Of a stretch of DNA of 64,000 nucleotides, positions 38,007-51,045 are shown in pieces (positions within the stretch are counted from its first letter, which is position 1; each line of letters begins with the position of its first letter). The notes beneath the pieces are model-generated. The model had not been told where the DNA came from, did no database searches, and saw nothing but the letters and a program-made list of their open reading frames with translations. The position numbers were made by a program, and so were the translations under genes. This DNA comes from Camelus ferus (taxonomy: Eukaryota): NCBI RefSeq assembly GCF_009834535.1, contig NC_045696.1:37512001-37576000 (forward strand), written 5' to 3'.

Positions 38007-38495
38007 TGTGATGGTTATTTTATGCCTGGTCATGGGGAGCCCAGATTAAACATTACTTCGGGGTGTATCTCTGAGGTTTTTTCTAGATGAGATTAGCATT
38101 TGAATTGATGGACTTGATAGACTGCCCTCCACAATGTGGGTGGACATCACCAAATCCTTTGAGGACCATAGTAGAACAAAAAGCAAATAAATTTGCCCAT
38201 TTTTTCATGCCTCACTGATGTTTCACATCTCATCTCATTTTCTGTTGCCCAGTGACTGACACTTTTGTCTACCTTGGTTCTCAAGGTTGAAGAACTGCAA
38301 ACTTGTTTGAAGAACTGCAAACTTGGAACGTCAACTGAATTATACAACTCTCTTTCCTTGGTCTGAAGCTTGCAGATGACCGATCAGAGGGCTTAGCCTC
38401 CATAATCTGTGAGTCATTTCTTCACGATAAATCTCCCTTCAAATGCACAAAATAATTTGAATTCTATTAGATTCTGTTTCTTTGGAGAGCCCTCA
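38007..38495 (+). mobile_element. MLT2B-type ERVL solo LTR
   Basis: tgtgatggttattttatg, gatgagattagcatttgaatt, gccctccacaatgtgggtggacatcacc, cctccataatctgtgag, ttctgtttctttggagagccct. Confidence 0.9.
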
Positions 38496-38499
38496 TGGT

Positions 38500-38670
38500 T
38501 TGGGATAGGAATCCAGATACATTTTTGACCCAGCATTTTTTTATATTTCAAGACCGTCCTTCTTCCACTATACATTAGTGTTGCTTTTCTCACGTTATCT
38601 GGAGACTGCATATGTGTGGGCCTGTTTCTGAATTCTCACTTATATGTCATTATTTATTTTTGGACCATTT
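38500..38670 (-). mobile_element. old L1 ORF2 fragment
   Basis: cccagcattttt...tatgtgtgggcctgtttctgaattctc resembles reverse L1 ORF2 3' region. Confidence 0.55.
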
Positions 38671-38674
38671 TTCA

Positions 38675-38830
38675 ATTTCTATGTCCCTTTCTTTTCTCAC
38701 CCAAAAAAATGGTGGATGGTCGTACTTACTTCGTAAGGTTGTTAAGAGGTACTAATCAGTTAATATGTTTAAACTACAATTAAGATTCCCTGGAGTAACT
38801 GTTAAGTGTGCTAGTAAGATCGGATAATAA
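38675..38830 (+). mobile_element. MIR fragment
   Basis: ttctcacccaaaaaaatgg..gtacttacttcgtaaggttgttaagagg..ttaatatgtttaaac. Confidence 0.65.
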
Positions 38831-40685
38831 TGAGAATCATTACAATCATTATCATCATCCTCATCTGTTTTCTCACAATCTCTTCCCCGAGATCTTGAAG
38901 ATAATTCTCCTTATCTTCCAAGATAGAAGCAATTACTTAATTATATATTTAATTCACAGCAAAATGTAGTCTACTTTATATCTACCTTATAAAATTGTGG
39001 GGTTTTTTTTTTTTACTGCCTGGGGAAACTTCATCTCCAATTTCTTTCTTCTTGTGTTGGACTGCAGTATCTTTGTATAGGCAAAATACTGTTTTCTCTT
39101 TAATTACTCATCATTGCATAAATAATTTAAAAAAACCCAGCCATTAGAAAATGTCTATTGAAAGAGGGATGAGCACATTATTTCAAGTCACTTAAAATTT
39201 TTTTCTCATAGAATAGGGCTTATGTAAGAGTAAAATTAGCTTTTACTTCTTTCCAATTAATGGACATGGGCAGCTAGAGATTATTTGCAATATGAATATT
39301 CTTTTCCCTTCTGCTGTCAAGACACAGAGTTCTTATACATATATGGATATATGTGTGATTCCTGATTTATGACTAGATCTCTGCTTCAGGGAGCCAGGCT
39401 GGGTCCAAGAAACTCCAGATAACAACCGGTGTACTTCCTTTATTCCAAACAAGGAATTTAGTGTCTTTATCTCAAGGATCAACACTCACCCTAAAGATTT
39501 TTTTTGTCTGAAACAAAACAAAAATAATTGTGCTACCATTGAGTCCCTTTTCCATTAACTTCTTATTTTAGCCTTCTCTTGTATGACTCCCACACTACCA
39601 CCACTTTATTTTAATATTTTGATATTTGCATTTTGTACAAACATTGCATATATACACATAAACATATGCATATTATCTGGCTGTTTTCATTTTATTCTAG
39701 GTAAATTGTTTCATTTTATTATTTTTTGTGCATGATTTCTAGGAAGAGAAGGGACATTTTAATTTTAGGACCCCATCTGCAAACCAGAAGTAAAACTCAC
39801 TTTACATGATTCAAACCAGGGAAAAATAAAATACATAATATTTAAATTTTGGTGAGATGATTATATTTTAAAGGTTTATACTGTAATAGACACTTTACTT
39901 TTCCATCAAATGTCATCTTGTAGATATCTAAATTATTTTTATATGTGAGTTTGCCATTCTAAAAGGAACCATAAGATATGGGTACATGCTGTGTCACCTG
40001 GCACTGCTTGTAGGTTAAGAAGTATGCAGACACTCTGCATGAAGGTAATTTGTTCCTTTTACTTTACATATTAATGAAATCAACTGGAAATGCAGAAGTA
40101 GCAAATTATACCTTGTATCACATCCCTGTTAAATTACATACAGAGTAAGCATATCATACATTTTGAAAGTAAGCTAATCATTTTTTGAAAGAGACCTTGC
40201 ATAATTTTCCTACATGTCAACATCTTGATTCATATAGTTTATCAAAATAAATTCTTCTTGCCTAAAATCACCTAAGACACATCACAAATCCAGGACACTT
40301 CTATATTTTGCTAGAATTAAAACTTTTTAAACTTCTTCTTATGATAAGGGAATTTTACTCTGACATACCCAGTTCTCTGATGGTTCACAGTGCTGTAAAA
40401 TTACAGTGGTTGATTGAGTTCACTACATTTAGAAATGTTATAAAAGTAACTGGCCCCAAAAGTTTAACCGTGGTCTCTGTACCAAAGCATATAGGGTTTG
40501 CCAGCAATAGAGAATGATAAAACAAACTCTTAAACATGGTCTATGTCTTATATGTATGAGCAAACCAAATTATCTTAAGATAGTTTAAAATATATAATAA
40601 TCTTTTAACCACATGCTACAGATATCATTTATCAAAAAATTCTGAGAATATATTTATAGCATGATGAGTTTTTCTGAGAGATCCT

Positions 40686-40761
40686 CCATAGCTCAGTGGT
40701 CAATCATTGGACCAAGAGGCCCAAAGATCTATCACTTTAAATCAGTTTGTGCCAGATTACT
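40686..40761 (+). mobile_element. degenerate tRNA-derived SINE head (MamSINE1-like)
   Basis: A-box-like atagctcagtggtc followed by tggaccaagaggcccaaagatc...tgtgccagattac; B box decayed. Confidence 0.35.
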
Positions 40762-41427
40762 ATAAAAAACAATCCAGACACAGTTGAATTGTGAAGCAAA
40801 TAATCAATTTCCTTTCCTTAAAAAGGATCCTGCAAAATATAATATTTGTACTTGCTTATAAATTCAGGTGAAAGGAGAACATTATAAATCACTGAGGCAC
40901 AGGCAAAATAGCTGCTCCTGTAGTAACACAAGGGAGGGAGAGAAAAGTCTGTTCTGTAGAACTGGTCAGTTCTAGAATTCAAAAAGGGACAAAGAGAAAA
41001 AAGCAATTAAAACATATCTCTATTTATATAGCCATTTTATTATAAATGATTTGTTGTTTAAATTAACTGTATAATGTTAGGAAGAAAATGCAAGTAGTAC
41101 TAGCATTAGGGACAGAAGTAAACCAGTAATACAAGCTAAATATGACATCCCTTATTTCATAACATATAAATACAAAGTAATTCTCAAACTCGTTTTTATA
41201 TCAATTTATAATTATCTGTTTTATATAAAGCTCTATGTTTTTATTTAAAATAAATCTACATTGGATTTAATTCTGATTTTTAATGTAAATTTACATTCAT
41301 GAAACTTAATTTTAATTTTCACTAAACCTTATTTTTGAAAAGAAATTCATTTTTATGCTTATTGCATAAAAGATGAAACAACCAGAGCGAAGTGTTTAGA
41401 TACTTAGGAAAAGAACATTAAGTAATT

Positions 41428-41493
41428 ACTTTTTTTTACTATATATTTTTCAGGTGTGCAGTATTGTAATTTGACATCTGTATATACCACTAC
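41428..41493 (-). mobile_element. very short L1 3'-terminal insertion
   Basis: T-tract then tttcaggtgtgcagtattgtaatttgacatctgtatata; flanked by ttaagtaatt (41418-41427) and ttaagcaatt (41494-41503). Confidence 0.45.
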
Positions 41494-42054
41494 TTAAGCA
41501 ATTTAAAATTTTTTGAGAGTCAAAAGATAGTAGTTGTAATGGGAACCATCACATATTTATAGAATTCTCTAAAATATTGTTAGTTGCTTAGATTGAGTTT
41601 ATTTTAAGCATAATATTTTTAATTGAACATTATTTTGCAGAAATGTCAAGGTAAAGAACTGAATTTAAGTGCTGAAAATGTAGTATGTTAAACATATTCT
41701 TGACGGTTTTAATTACATTTTTTGATTCAAAGGACCTAGTGGGAAGTAAAAATTTTAAAGTGTGATTTATAACAAAATCCTTGATGAGTGCTAAGTACAA
41801 TTCAGGAAAAATATATGGATTTTTATAAAATTCTCCATTTAATGCCTTTCAGATAGATTTTAATTTCTTAACGTGATAAAAAAAAACTAATACTCAACGG
41901 AACACTGGACTCTAGATACTAACTAGTCTATAACTAATTTTTCCAGTAAACAGAATGAAAAATAAAGCAGATAATTGGTGTAATCTTCATCCACATTATA
42001 AGTGATCAGAACAAGTTCCTGCCTTTGAATACTTTTGTTTTCATCTTAATGAGT

Positions 42055-42910
42055 ATGCTCATTTCTTGCTTCAGCTCCAACATATAAGAAGCTTAGAAAT
42101 TGTTTCTCCTGTTCTTACAAGAAAAAGTTGACTATTCTGGGACTCACTGAGACCTGGGGTCCCACGGCAAACCACTGTGCCCAAAATCTGGAGAGACAGG
42201 AGCACCTGTGGTTATGCAGGAGCTGAGTTATTGTTCTGCTCACCTGGAGCAGAAACCACCGGAGCTAAAAAACTGGTAGGAACATGTAAGTGGTCACTTT
42301 GAGGAACTGCTGGAGGCTGAATGTGGACTGGATTTAGAGTGAGAATCTCCTGGGGGCCATAGTCTTGGGAGAACCCCTTTCACATCCATGAATTTCCCCT
42401 TCTGGGACACCATCAGGTTATAAAGATGAGAATCAGAGAAAGATCCCTTCTAGGCTCTGGAATGCAGAAGAGGAAAGTAACCATTGTAAAATACACATAT
42501 AATCTTTTATATAAAAAAGGCCTACATTCCAGGGGAAAGGACTTTGCTAGAGGACAGCGCTGAAATGTACTGGTAGCTGGGGAAGGGAATTCCTCCCTAT
42601 TCAAGCTACCTTCAAACTTTCTGTCTCACCTAAGGGAGGAGAAAAGAAAACCACAGTCAACAAAAGTAAAAGCTGCAGGGCTACAGATTGGGAATGCTTC
42701 ATCCAAAGAAAGAAGCAAGGGATAGAAAAAAAAACCTACCTACTCCAATAGAGATACATTGCTTGAGACACTCTTCTGAGACATATACCCACTGGTAGAC
42801 TGAGATTTAATCAGATTATATAATTATCCTACTTTCCTACATCTGCCACACCGACAAGGTTCTATTAATAATAACTTGCAGCTGAAAAACTGCAAGAAAC
42901 ACATTCTTTC
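42055..42910 (+). mobile_element. old L1M 5'UTR fragment
   Basis: cctgttcttacaagaaaaagttga, ggcaaaccactg..ccaaaatctggagagacagg, gaggaactgctggaggctgaatgtggact resemble L1M 5' ends. Confidence 0.6.
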
Positions 42911-43288
42911 TCAGTTTTCTATTTAGTATCTTTGATTTATACGGTTTATATATTTTTCAGACAAGTATCCCTGGTTTCCACTCAAACTTGGGATATGATA
43001 GAACACAAGTGATTATTTATAACAAAATAAAGTCATAACAGAGCAAAGAAGATGAATACAGGTGCTGAAGGCAGATGCAATATTGTGTCAGGGTTAAATA
43101 TTTTCAAATGTTAACCTCCAGGCAAAGAGTCAAGATGTGGGGTTCACTAGCATCATCATTATTAGTATGGTTCACAAACTGAGTGTCTGTGATTATATAT
43201 GGCATATATTGCATATTTTATTCTCTATGCCATAAGGATAGAGTTGTCCATCTCTATCCTCTATTACTAAACACCTATTATCCCAATG

Positions 43289-44009
43289 GTGGCAATTTTT
43301 CAGTTATTAATCTCCCAGCTCCAAATCCACCCTTCTATACTCTGCTCTGTGAAACTGCCACTGGGCTTCAGTAAACCATATTTTTGCTTTGCCAGATGGC
43401 TCCCTGTTAGTCTCCGAAGATAGGGCATTCTGAAAGGAGGCTTCAAAGCTAAAGGAGGAAAAAGATTTCTCCTCTTTTCTCTCTGCTTCTTATGGGTTTT
43501 TCTGTGGGCTTACAGACTCCTCACTGTTCTTTTGAGGGCCACACCTGCAATGTTCCTTCATTCTTTATAGACGCTCCTTTTTGTGGCAGGAGATGGATCC
43601 AGGTTTTCCAGCACTTACAGACATCTACATCAGACCCCAGCAGCAGCCAGCTGGTGCCACCTCTCCAAAGGTCTATGCCCCAAGCCAGCGGGGCACCTTT
43701 CTAGGGTTCAGAGACACCTCATCAAAGGAGCATTACCCTCTCTTCCAGGTTAGAGTTTGAGCTCCATGGAGCCCTTCTCTAATTCTTACACTTTAATAAT
43801 TGCCCCCTCTTGCCTTTTTTTCTTCAGATCTAAGAGGGTACCTACTCCCTGCAATTGCCACCTCCTTGATACCTTAAAGTTCTCTTATTATCCTTGAAGT
43901 CACCTAGTCAACAAAAGTATACCTAATTAACACTTTGTAAAACGCTGATGTCTGTCTGCTAGAATAGCTGGTGTACTCCCCTTTTCAATACTGGATAATG
44001 GCTGATGTA
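43289..44009 (+). mobile_element. LTR41-family ERVL solo LTR
   Basis: agttattaatctcccagctccaaatccacccttctatactctgctctgtga..ctttgccagatggctccctgttag is the recalled LTR41 start. Confidence 0.8.
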
Positions 44010-44979
44010 TCCACCATCGCAGAGCATGTTGTCACTGCTAGAGACTGTGGAGTTGAGACTTTAACTTAAGATCCAAATCATTCTAAAACTCAGTTCTTTC
44101 AACCATACACTACTACACTGGATATGGCAAAGACAGGGAACCTAGACTGATGATACTTGGAAGAAAAGGCAATCGGCCATTTGATATTGTGGTTTATCCA
44201 TAGGTGCCTGGATCTTAGCTACCAAACTGTAGTTAAACATACAGCAAAGCAAATAAAGAAAAAAAACTGAGATGCATATTAACAAAGTAAACTCATGTTA
44301 GAGTCTCCATTGTAAGAATTACAGTGCTCAAAAATGGGTTAATATTGAATGATTATTTTTGAGACTTTTGTACATATCTAGGAAAAGAGCGCTTTTTTGA
44401 GACACACACAAATGAAAATAAAAAAAAATTTTGCCCAAAATGTGGGATTGGAGTAAATGAAATAGCTCTATTTAAGTCAATACCATTTGGAAAACATAGG
44501 AGTGAAACTGTGAGTGCAATCTGGAAAGGATGCAGAAACTCAAAAGCAGACAGGGTTTGAGAAATATTTTTTTCAGGGAGATAGTAACAGTATTGTAAAT
44601 CTGAAAAGTTACTTTAAAATAGTTCATATAATAGTTCATTTGTATCCTTAATTTATCTTTGGTCCTTTCCTTTCTGTAGAAAAGATAAAAAATAAAAACT
44701 CCATAGGAAAAATAAATAAACAGCATCCTTTCTTACAATGCACACAGTGTGTTTAGTTCTAGTAACAGTTTAACCAACGATGTTTGTTAATATTAGTCTA
44801 TATTGCAGGAGAATAATCAGGAAGCCAATGGGGCTCTGAGTCCTTTCACACTGAGGAGAGTCTCACAGCTAGTGAGAGAGCAGTGAGATCTTTCAAGGGT
44901 CTATGACCACCTACAACTTTGCTGGTTATCTTAGAAGCCAATCTCTTTATCAGTAACTTACTGAATAAAATTATTTCTT

Positions 44980-45175
44980 CTACTTTCTTTTCAGAGTATG
45001 CTTTGTTGATGGCAAATTTTAATTACACTATACATTGGAAGATGTGTATCTTATTTCACTTAGTAGTCTATTCAGTTCTCCAACATGGAGGGGCCACGCC
45101 TTTCTTATTTTAGAATCGACCACTGCTTAGCATAGAATTTAGCACACAATGAGACTCAAGTACACTAGTTGAAAA
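44980..45175 (+). mobile_element. L2 3' end fragment
   Basis: cactgcttagcatagaatttagcacacaatgagactcaagtacactagttgaa. Confidence 0.55.
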
Positions 45176-45699
45176 CAGAAATTTGGCTCTATCATTGGGC
45201 TTGAAGGAATCAGAAAGATCATTTAATTAACTAAAATATATAATGTTATAGAAAAAAAGGTATATTTTAAAGAAAACAGCATGTTAGATATGATGTGGCC
45301 TGTAATCCACTTTAGCAACTAGTGGCTGACTAACGATGAAATCCTAATCCTAGTCTGAGGGGACGTATATTTAACCTTTCATTATTAATGTATATGATAC
45401 ATAAAGTTCATATATAGACTTATCTTTTCCTTTGTAAATCTTTACATATACTTTTCAGTGTATCCTTCTGCCTCAATTTAATTATGTACCTTTGCAATGA
45501 TCACTTGAGTTAAATCCTATGAGTTAAAATTTCAGAATTTATTTGTGTAATATTTTCTATTTTTAAATAAATTTCAATTATTGTACCTTAATGAAACATG
45601 GGGAATAATTTCATAATTGTAAGTCCTATTGTTTTATCTCTGTCACAATTAGGAATGTATTATACAACAGAAAGACCACCAAAGGGGTTTAAAACGCAA

Positions 45700-46800
45700 T
45701 TGCAGCATGTGTTTTATTAGCACTTGAATTATTTGTTTATTTCTCCCTTTAAAATTATATTATTTCTAATTAACATAATGTATGCTTACTGATTTAATAG
45801 TGCTCAAACCTCACTAAGGACAGCGATGTTAAAAATTGATGTGTTCCTTTTGTACTTTTTCACATTGTATTCATTTCCATAAATTGGGATCAGTTATACA
45901 TGCTATTTTACAATTGGATTCTTTTATGTAAAATAAAACTAATTCCTAAATAAATAACTATGGAACTAAATCATTTTCTGAAAATCAACTATTTAAATTT
46001 TATTTTTCCATTGGTATAAAATCTACTTCAGTGAATATCTTAGAAACTGCAATTTAGTAACTACTGTCTTACTTTGATGAATTCCTAGAAGAAAAATGCA
46101 GAGGTCAAAGTGTTTTCCTGTTTTAAAATGCAGTGAGTAATACCAGATTCATTTCATAAAAATGATCAATTCATATTTCTACCAGTAGTTCTGAGATACA
46201 CTCATTAAAGCTGTATCAATCTTTGGAACTTTATAAAAAATGTATTTTATACCTTTTACTATCATTGTCTTTGCACATCTTTTCTCATGTTTATTAGGTG
46301 TTTCTTTTTGTTACTGTGAATATTGTTTAAATAACTTTCCCAACCTCAATTGGTTTTATTTTAATGGCTTTATCAAGTTATAAGATTTATTTAGCTCCAA
46401 AGCACTCAAGCAGCCATTCACACACTCTTTCCCCCTATGCTGCTGGACTCCAATGAGTTCAGTGACCTTGAACTCCCATAAGATGAAAGCAGCTTGGCCC
46501 TTTAATCACTGCTTGAGGGGAAGACATCCACTAGCTAGGAATATCTGTTTGGGGATAAATGTGTTCAAGGATAAATCTTGTTGTTTTAAAGCACCAAATA
46601 TTGACATTTTCTGTTACTGGAGTTCAGATGCCCTATCTGACATATTCAAAACATAGAATTTTAAAAATCAATCTGTCAATAGTTTGCTTTATAGCCTCTG
46701 TGTTTCTGGTTAAGTTTTTACACTTCTGTGAAATCCTAAGAAAGTGCTCTCCAATAACTTCTTACAATTGCATTATTTTCATCTTCCCTATTAATTTTAA
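45700..46800 (-). mobile_element. highly degraded L1ME-type remnant (interrupted by MLT1)
   Basis: ttcctagaag..gaggtcaaag, tctttgcacatcttttct, aaaatcaatctgtcaat..gctttatagcctctg. Confidence 0.5.
46400..46645 (+). mobile_element. MaLR LTR 3' half (MLT1H/I-type)
   Basis: gcagcttggccctttaatcactgcttgagg..aggaatatctg..ataaatcttgttgttttaaagcac..tgttactggag. Confidence 0.65.
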
Positions 46801-47464
46801 TAGAACTAGATTTATGTTCCTTTTTAATTGGATCAATTAAGAAGAAGAAAAAAACTTCTTGTTTTTGCAAGTATATCATTAAAATTTGAGGGTATCCATC
46901 ACTTATTATTTGTAAGCTATATAAATGACAATACTAATATTACCTACATGATAAAGTACAAGTAAAAAGAGAAAATAAAAGAAATATTAAAACAACAATT
47001 CATGAACTATTTCATCAATAGATGTAGTATATACATACGTATTAATCATGTATAATTTTATGTGGTAAGTCATATTTTACAATTAAGTTCACAAGGAGAT
47101 GTAAAATATTACTTTTGACTTAAAAATACAAAAAGGTATAAAAGGAAGAGCTGTTCAGCTTAAAAAAACTAACTTTTATTAAATACAAGAGCAGGAAACA
47201 ATTGAGAACAAAGAATATGTAATACTGTATGCAAATGTTTTCACCCTTTTTTCTTTTCAGAACTTATTGCTATAGAATAACGGATGGTTTAAGCTATAAA
47301 ATTTGTTCAAAGTTTACAGAGCCCAACACTCACTGAGATCTAGAAATGTCATGTAACTTTTACAAGTTAAGCATTAATTAACATAGTTGTTCTATAAATA
47401 TAGTGATTAGTAGAAAATTATTAGACAATTTGATTTTTATCTGATCATTACAAATCCCTATGAA

Positions 47465-47465
47465 C

Positions 47466-47496
<31 letters not shown>

Positions 47497-47504
47497 TGTG
47501 TGTG
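47465..47504. repeat. compound microsatellite (CG)8(TG)12
   Basis: direct count. Confidence 0.97.
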
Positions 47505-47989
47505 TATTCTAAGTGGTCTGTTTCCATGAGACCTAAACAGATAAATCACATCTTAGGCGGTGATTAATATTTAAGTCATTAATAATGTACAAATAAATAC
47601 ACATTACTAGAAGAATATGAAACTATGGTAAATATTGCTCCACGGAAATTAGTTTTAAAATATTGATAACTAAAGGTATATTGTAAATATACACTATTTA
47701 AAGGCATGCTACATTTTTTTCTTAGTAGAATTTTATGAAATGATTTTGAAGACTATTAACATGCCATTTATATCAAAAGACATTTTAGCAAATTTGCTCT
47801 GAAATATTTGCTCAACAAATAACACGTATTTATTGAACAATATAAACCATAATCATTCAGACATTTAAAATATACTGAACACCTAGAAAATGCATCAGGT
47901 TTGAAACTAAGATTAATGTGCCAATAAAAAGGCATGATCCTTCTTCTTATGAATTCACAGGCATTATTCTAATCACAAAAATGAACTTA

Positions 47990-48880
47990 ATGTTGTAATT
48001 TAATCATGAAGTATAATTTATTGCTATTAGTTTGTATTTCCCTATTGAGGGTATTTTTATATATCCACTGGCTCTTTGGAAACTATCTTTTGAGAAGTGA
48101 CTATATCTTTGGCACAGTGGTCTTTAACATATTGCTTTATAAGACTTTTGTATTCAAATACACAATAAAAATTTCCATTGTCATATGTTTCTGTAAAATT
48201 TTTTATAAAACATATCTCATCATTATTACAAAATATGTTTTTACTATATAACAAATTCTAATAAATATTTAAATTTCCCAGCACTATTCATTTAAACCCT
48301 TATTTCTGTCGTATAACAAACATGAATTTGTTAAGCTCTCTATTACGTTCAACTAGTCTATTGAAGTACCTCATGTAATACCAAACTTTTAAATTATAGG
48401 TTTAAAAATCTTGATTTCCAGTAGCATGTCTTTCTCTACATCTCCTTCTTAACCACTATTTTTTTCTTTACTTCTTTTTTATTCTCTCCATTTTTATTCT
48501 CTACTTTCTCTTTATCCTTCTCATTTTCTTTTAACTCTTCTATTTCCTAAATTGTGAAAACTGTTCTTGAAACTTTATGCTCGTCCATAAATGTTTAAAT
48601 CAGCCTGGATTCCATGAAAATCCTTGTAGGAATTTTGCTGGGAATCATGTTTAATTTGTGGATTAATTTCGGGACAACTGTCACGTTCATTAAATTATTA
48701 TTAAATGAACTCATCTCTCCATGACCATGATATATCTCTATTTAGATCTTCTTATTATTTCCTCCAATAGATTTCTCTAATTTACTCCCATAAGATCATG
48801 ACAGATTTGTCCCCCCACTTTCAGCTTCTCATCTCCTAATTTCTATTTTAAGAGGGTATACATTTTAAAATAGAAAGTAT
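47990..48880 (-). mobile_element. degraded old L1 (L1ME-type) ORF2 remnant
   Basis: ttagtttgtatttccct, ggaattttgctgggaatcatgtttaatttgtggattaatttcgggacaactgtcac, ccatgaccatgatatatctct. Confidence 0.6.
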
Positions 48881-48938
48881 ATTTTGAAATGATACTCTCA
48901 GGAATAAAAAGGAAAATTTTAATTTAAAAAATATTGAA

Positions 48939-51045
48939 GATTTCCAGTTTGGACAAGATGACATAGAATTGTTTCTTACTCCTCTTCTCTAAATATAAAT
49001 TCTGTAAATAGTATACAAGGCAACATAGGAGGACTCTAGAAGGTGGAAAGTGTGCAGCAAGCTGGTTCAGGATCCCAGGACTGGAGGAATCACATAACAG
49101 CAAGGTGTTTATATCCCTAACCCCAGTAGAAGACAGCAATCCAGGCCCAGCACTTTTCTGGTCCCAAACCTAACAACAGCAGGCAGCCTAGGCAGGCTCA
49201 TTCCTTCCCAGGATGAAACTGGAGCCCTCAGGCAATACCAAACAAGCCTTCTACTACCTGACCACTAAGAACAGGCACCTATGGGGAGCCCTGATAACCA
49301 TATGTGACCAGGGGAAGAGCTTGGGGAAACTCTGTCCACACTGGGTTGAAATTGCCCCTCCTCCCCAAGTGGCACATGGGTGGCTGGGCAGCACAGGAGA
49401 AATGGACCTGACACTACAAGCAACCCAGCATGGAAGCTTCTTTGTCCCTACAGGCCAATCCAGGACTCTTCTTTTTCACGGGGGGACATTGGAGTATTCA
49501 GACCCAACCTAAATAAGTGGCCCTGTCCAGGATGTTTTTTTGTCCATTAGGGCCTTAGCATCCTCATCCCCACCCAGAGACAGAGGGTAGCTGGAAAACC
49601 AATAGAGGAAATTCTGTCCCAAGAAGTGCCTAGCCCAGGAAGCACTTCCCTTTCTCCACAGGCAAGGGAAATCATCACAACTGGAGACTGGATAGGGAAG
49701 CCTCTTTATTCCCAAGAGCCTGAAATTCACCGTACCATCCCAACTGAGGGGCATCTAGTGGCCAGGACTAGAAATAGCTCTCCTACCCGCTCAGGCAGTC
49801 ACAACTAGCATCAAATAATCCAAGGAGACCAAAATAACACTGCAAGGTCTGAAAATGAAACTGCTGTTGACACATAAAGTCCACAAAAGTAGACCAGGAC
49901 TTAAACCAGGGTAAGTGCAGATAGAATGAAGGCTATAACCAGATCAGGAAGTCAACATAATAGACAAAATGTCCAGAATACAAGAGAAAATCACTCATGA
50001 TATTAAGAGCCAGAAAAATAACAACCTGGAGAAAATTGAACTAACTGACACCAGCACCAAGATGAACCAAATGGAATTAGTCTATAAGGATTTTAAAGTA
50101 GTCATCATAAAAAATGCTTTAACAACCAATTAGAAATGTTCTTAAAGCAAGCAACACAAATTTAAATCTTAGCAAAGAAATAGAAGTTACAGAAAAAGGC
50201 AAATGTAAATTATAGAACTGAAAAATACAAGTAAGAGGAATAAAAAGACATGATGGATAGAATCGATAGCAGAGTGGTGGTGACTGGAAGATGAAGGAAG
50301 TTGAGGACAGATCAATTGCTTTACCTAATCTCAGTCTCACCAGTCTGAGAGAAAGTAGACTGGAATCAATGAACACAGACAAAAGGGTCAGTGGGATGAT
50401 AACAAAAGGTCATATACTGTGTCATCAACATCCCAGAAAAAGAGAAAGAGAACTGGGCTGGAAGGGCATCTGAAGAAAATGGCCCCAAACTTCCACATTT
50501 AGCAAAAGACACAGCAGATTTAAGAAACTGAGCAAACCTCGAACAGAAATCTGAAGAATTCTATGCCAAAACATATCACAATTAAACTTCCAAAAACCAA
50601 AGACAAATAAAAAGCCTTGAAAGCAGCCAGACAGAAATGGAACATCAACTATAAGGGACACCAATTCTAATGACAAATGATTTCTAATCTGAAAACAAGG
50701 GGGTCAGAAGGAAGTGGCACAAAATTGTTTCAGTGCTGAAAAAAACAACTTCTCAGACTAGATTTCTCTATCAAGTAAAATAATTCTTTAGGAATGAAAA
50801 TGAAATAAAGACATTCTCAGATAAAGGAAAACTAAATAAATTTGTCACTAGCTGGCCTAAAAATTGGCTATTGGAAGTTCTTCAAACAGAAAGGAAATGA
50901 TAAAAAGGTATCTTAGATTATCAAGGAGAAAAGAAGAAAGATCAATGGAAAGAACAGTAACATAGATGTACACAATTGATTATCCTCCTCATGAGTTTAT
51001 AAATCATCTCTGAGATTAAAACAAAAATAAAACAACCATCAGACA
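48939..51045 (+). mobile_element. old L1M 5'UTR + decayed ORF1 + start of inter-ORF
   Basis: 5' end gatttccagtttggacaagatg; broken ORF1p translation PKHITIKLPKTKDK*KALKAARQK..RRKWHKIVSVLK..FRNENEIKTFSDKGKLNKFVTS at about 50565-50855. Confidence 0.85.

Noticed and set aside
43400..43430. CTCF site expected in LTR41
   Set aside because: The corresponding position reads ccgaagatagggcatt and is too degraded to call
45300..45350. 7SL/Alu-like words gcctgtaatcc...ggctga
   Set aside because: Match is too short and gapped, with no tail or TSD
10726..51045. L1MC 3' part (10.7-14.8 kb, -) and L1M 5' part (48.9-51.0 kb, +) as one element split by an inversion
   Set aside because: No shared TSD or matching breakpoints are visible, and independent fragments are the simpler explanation
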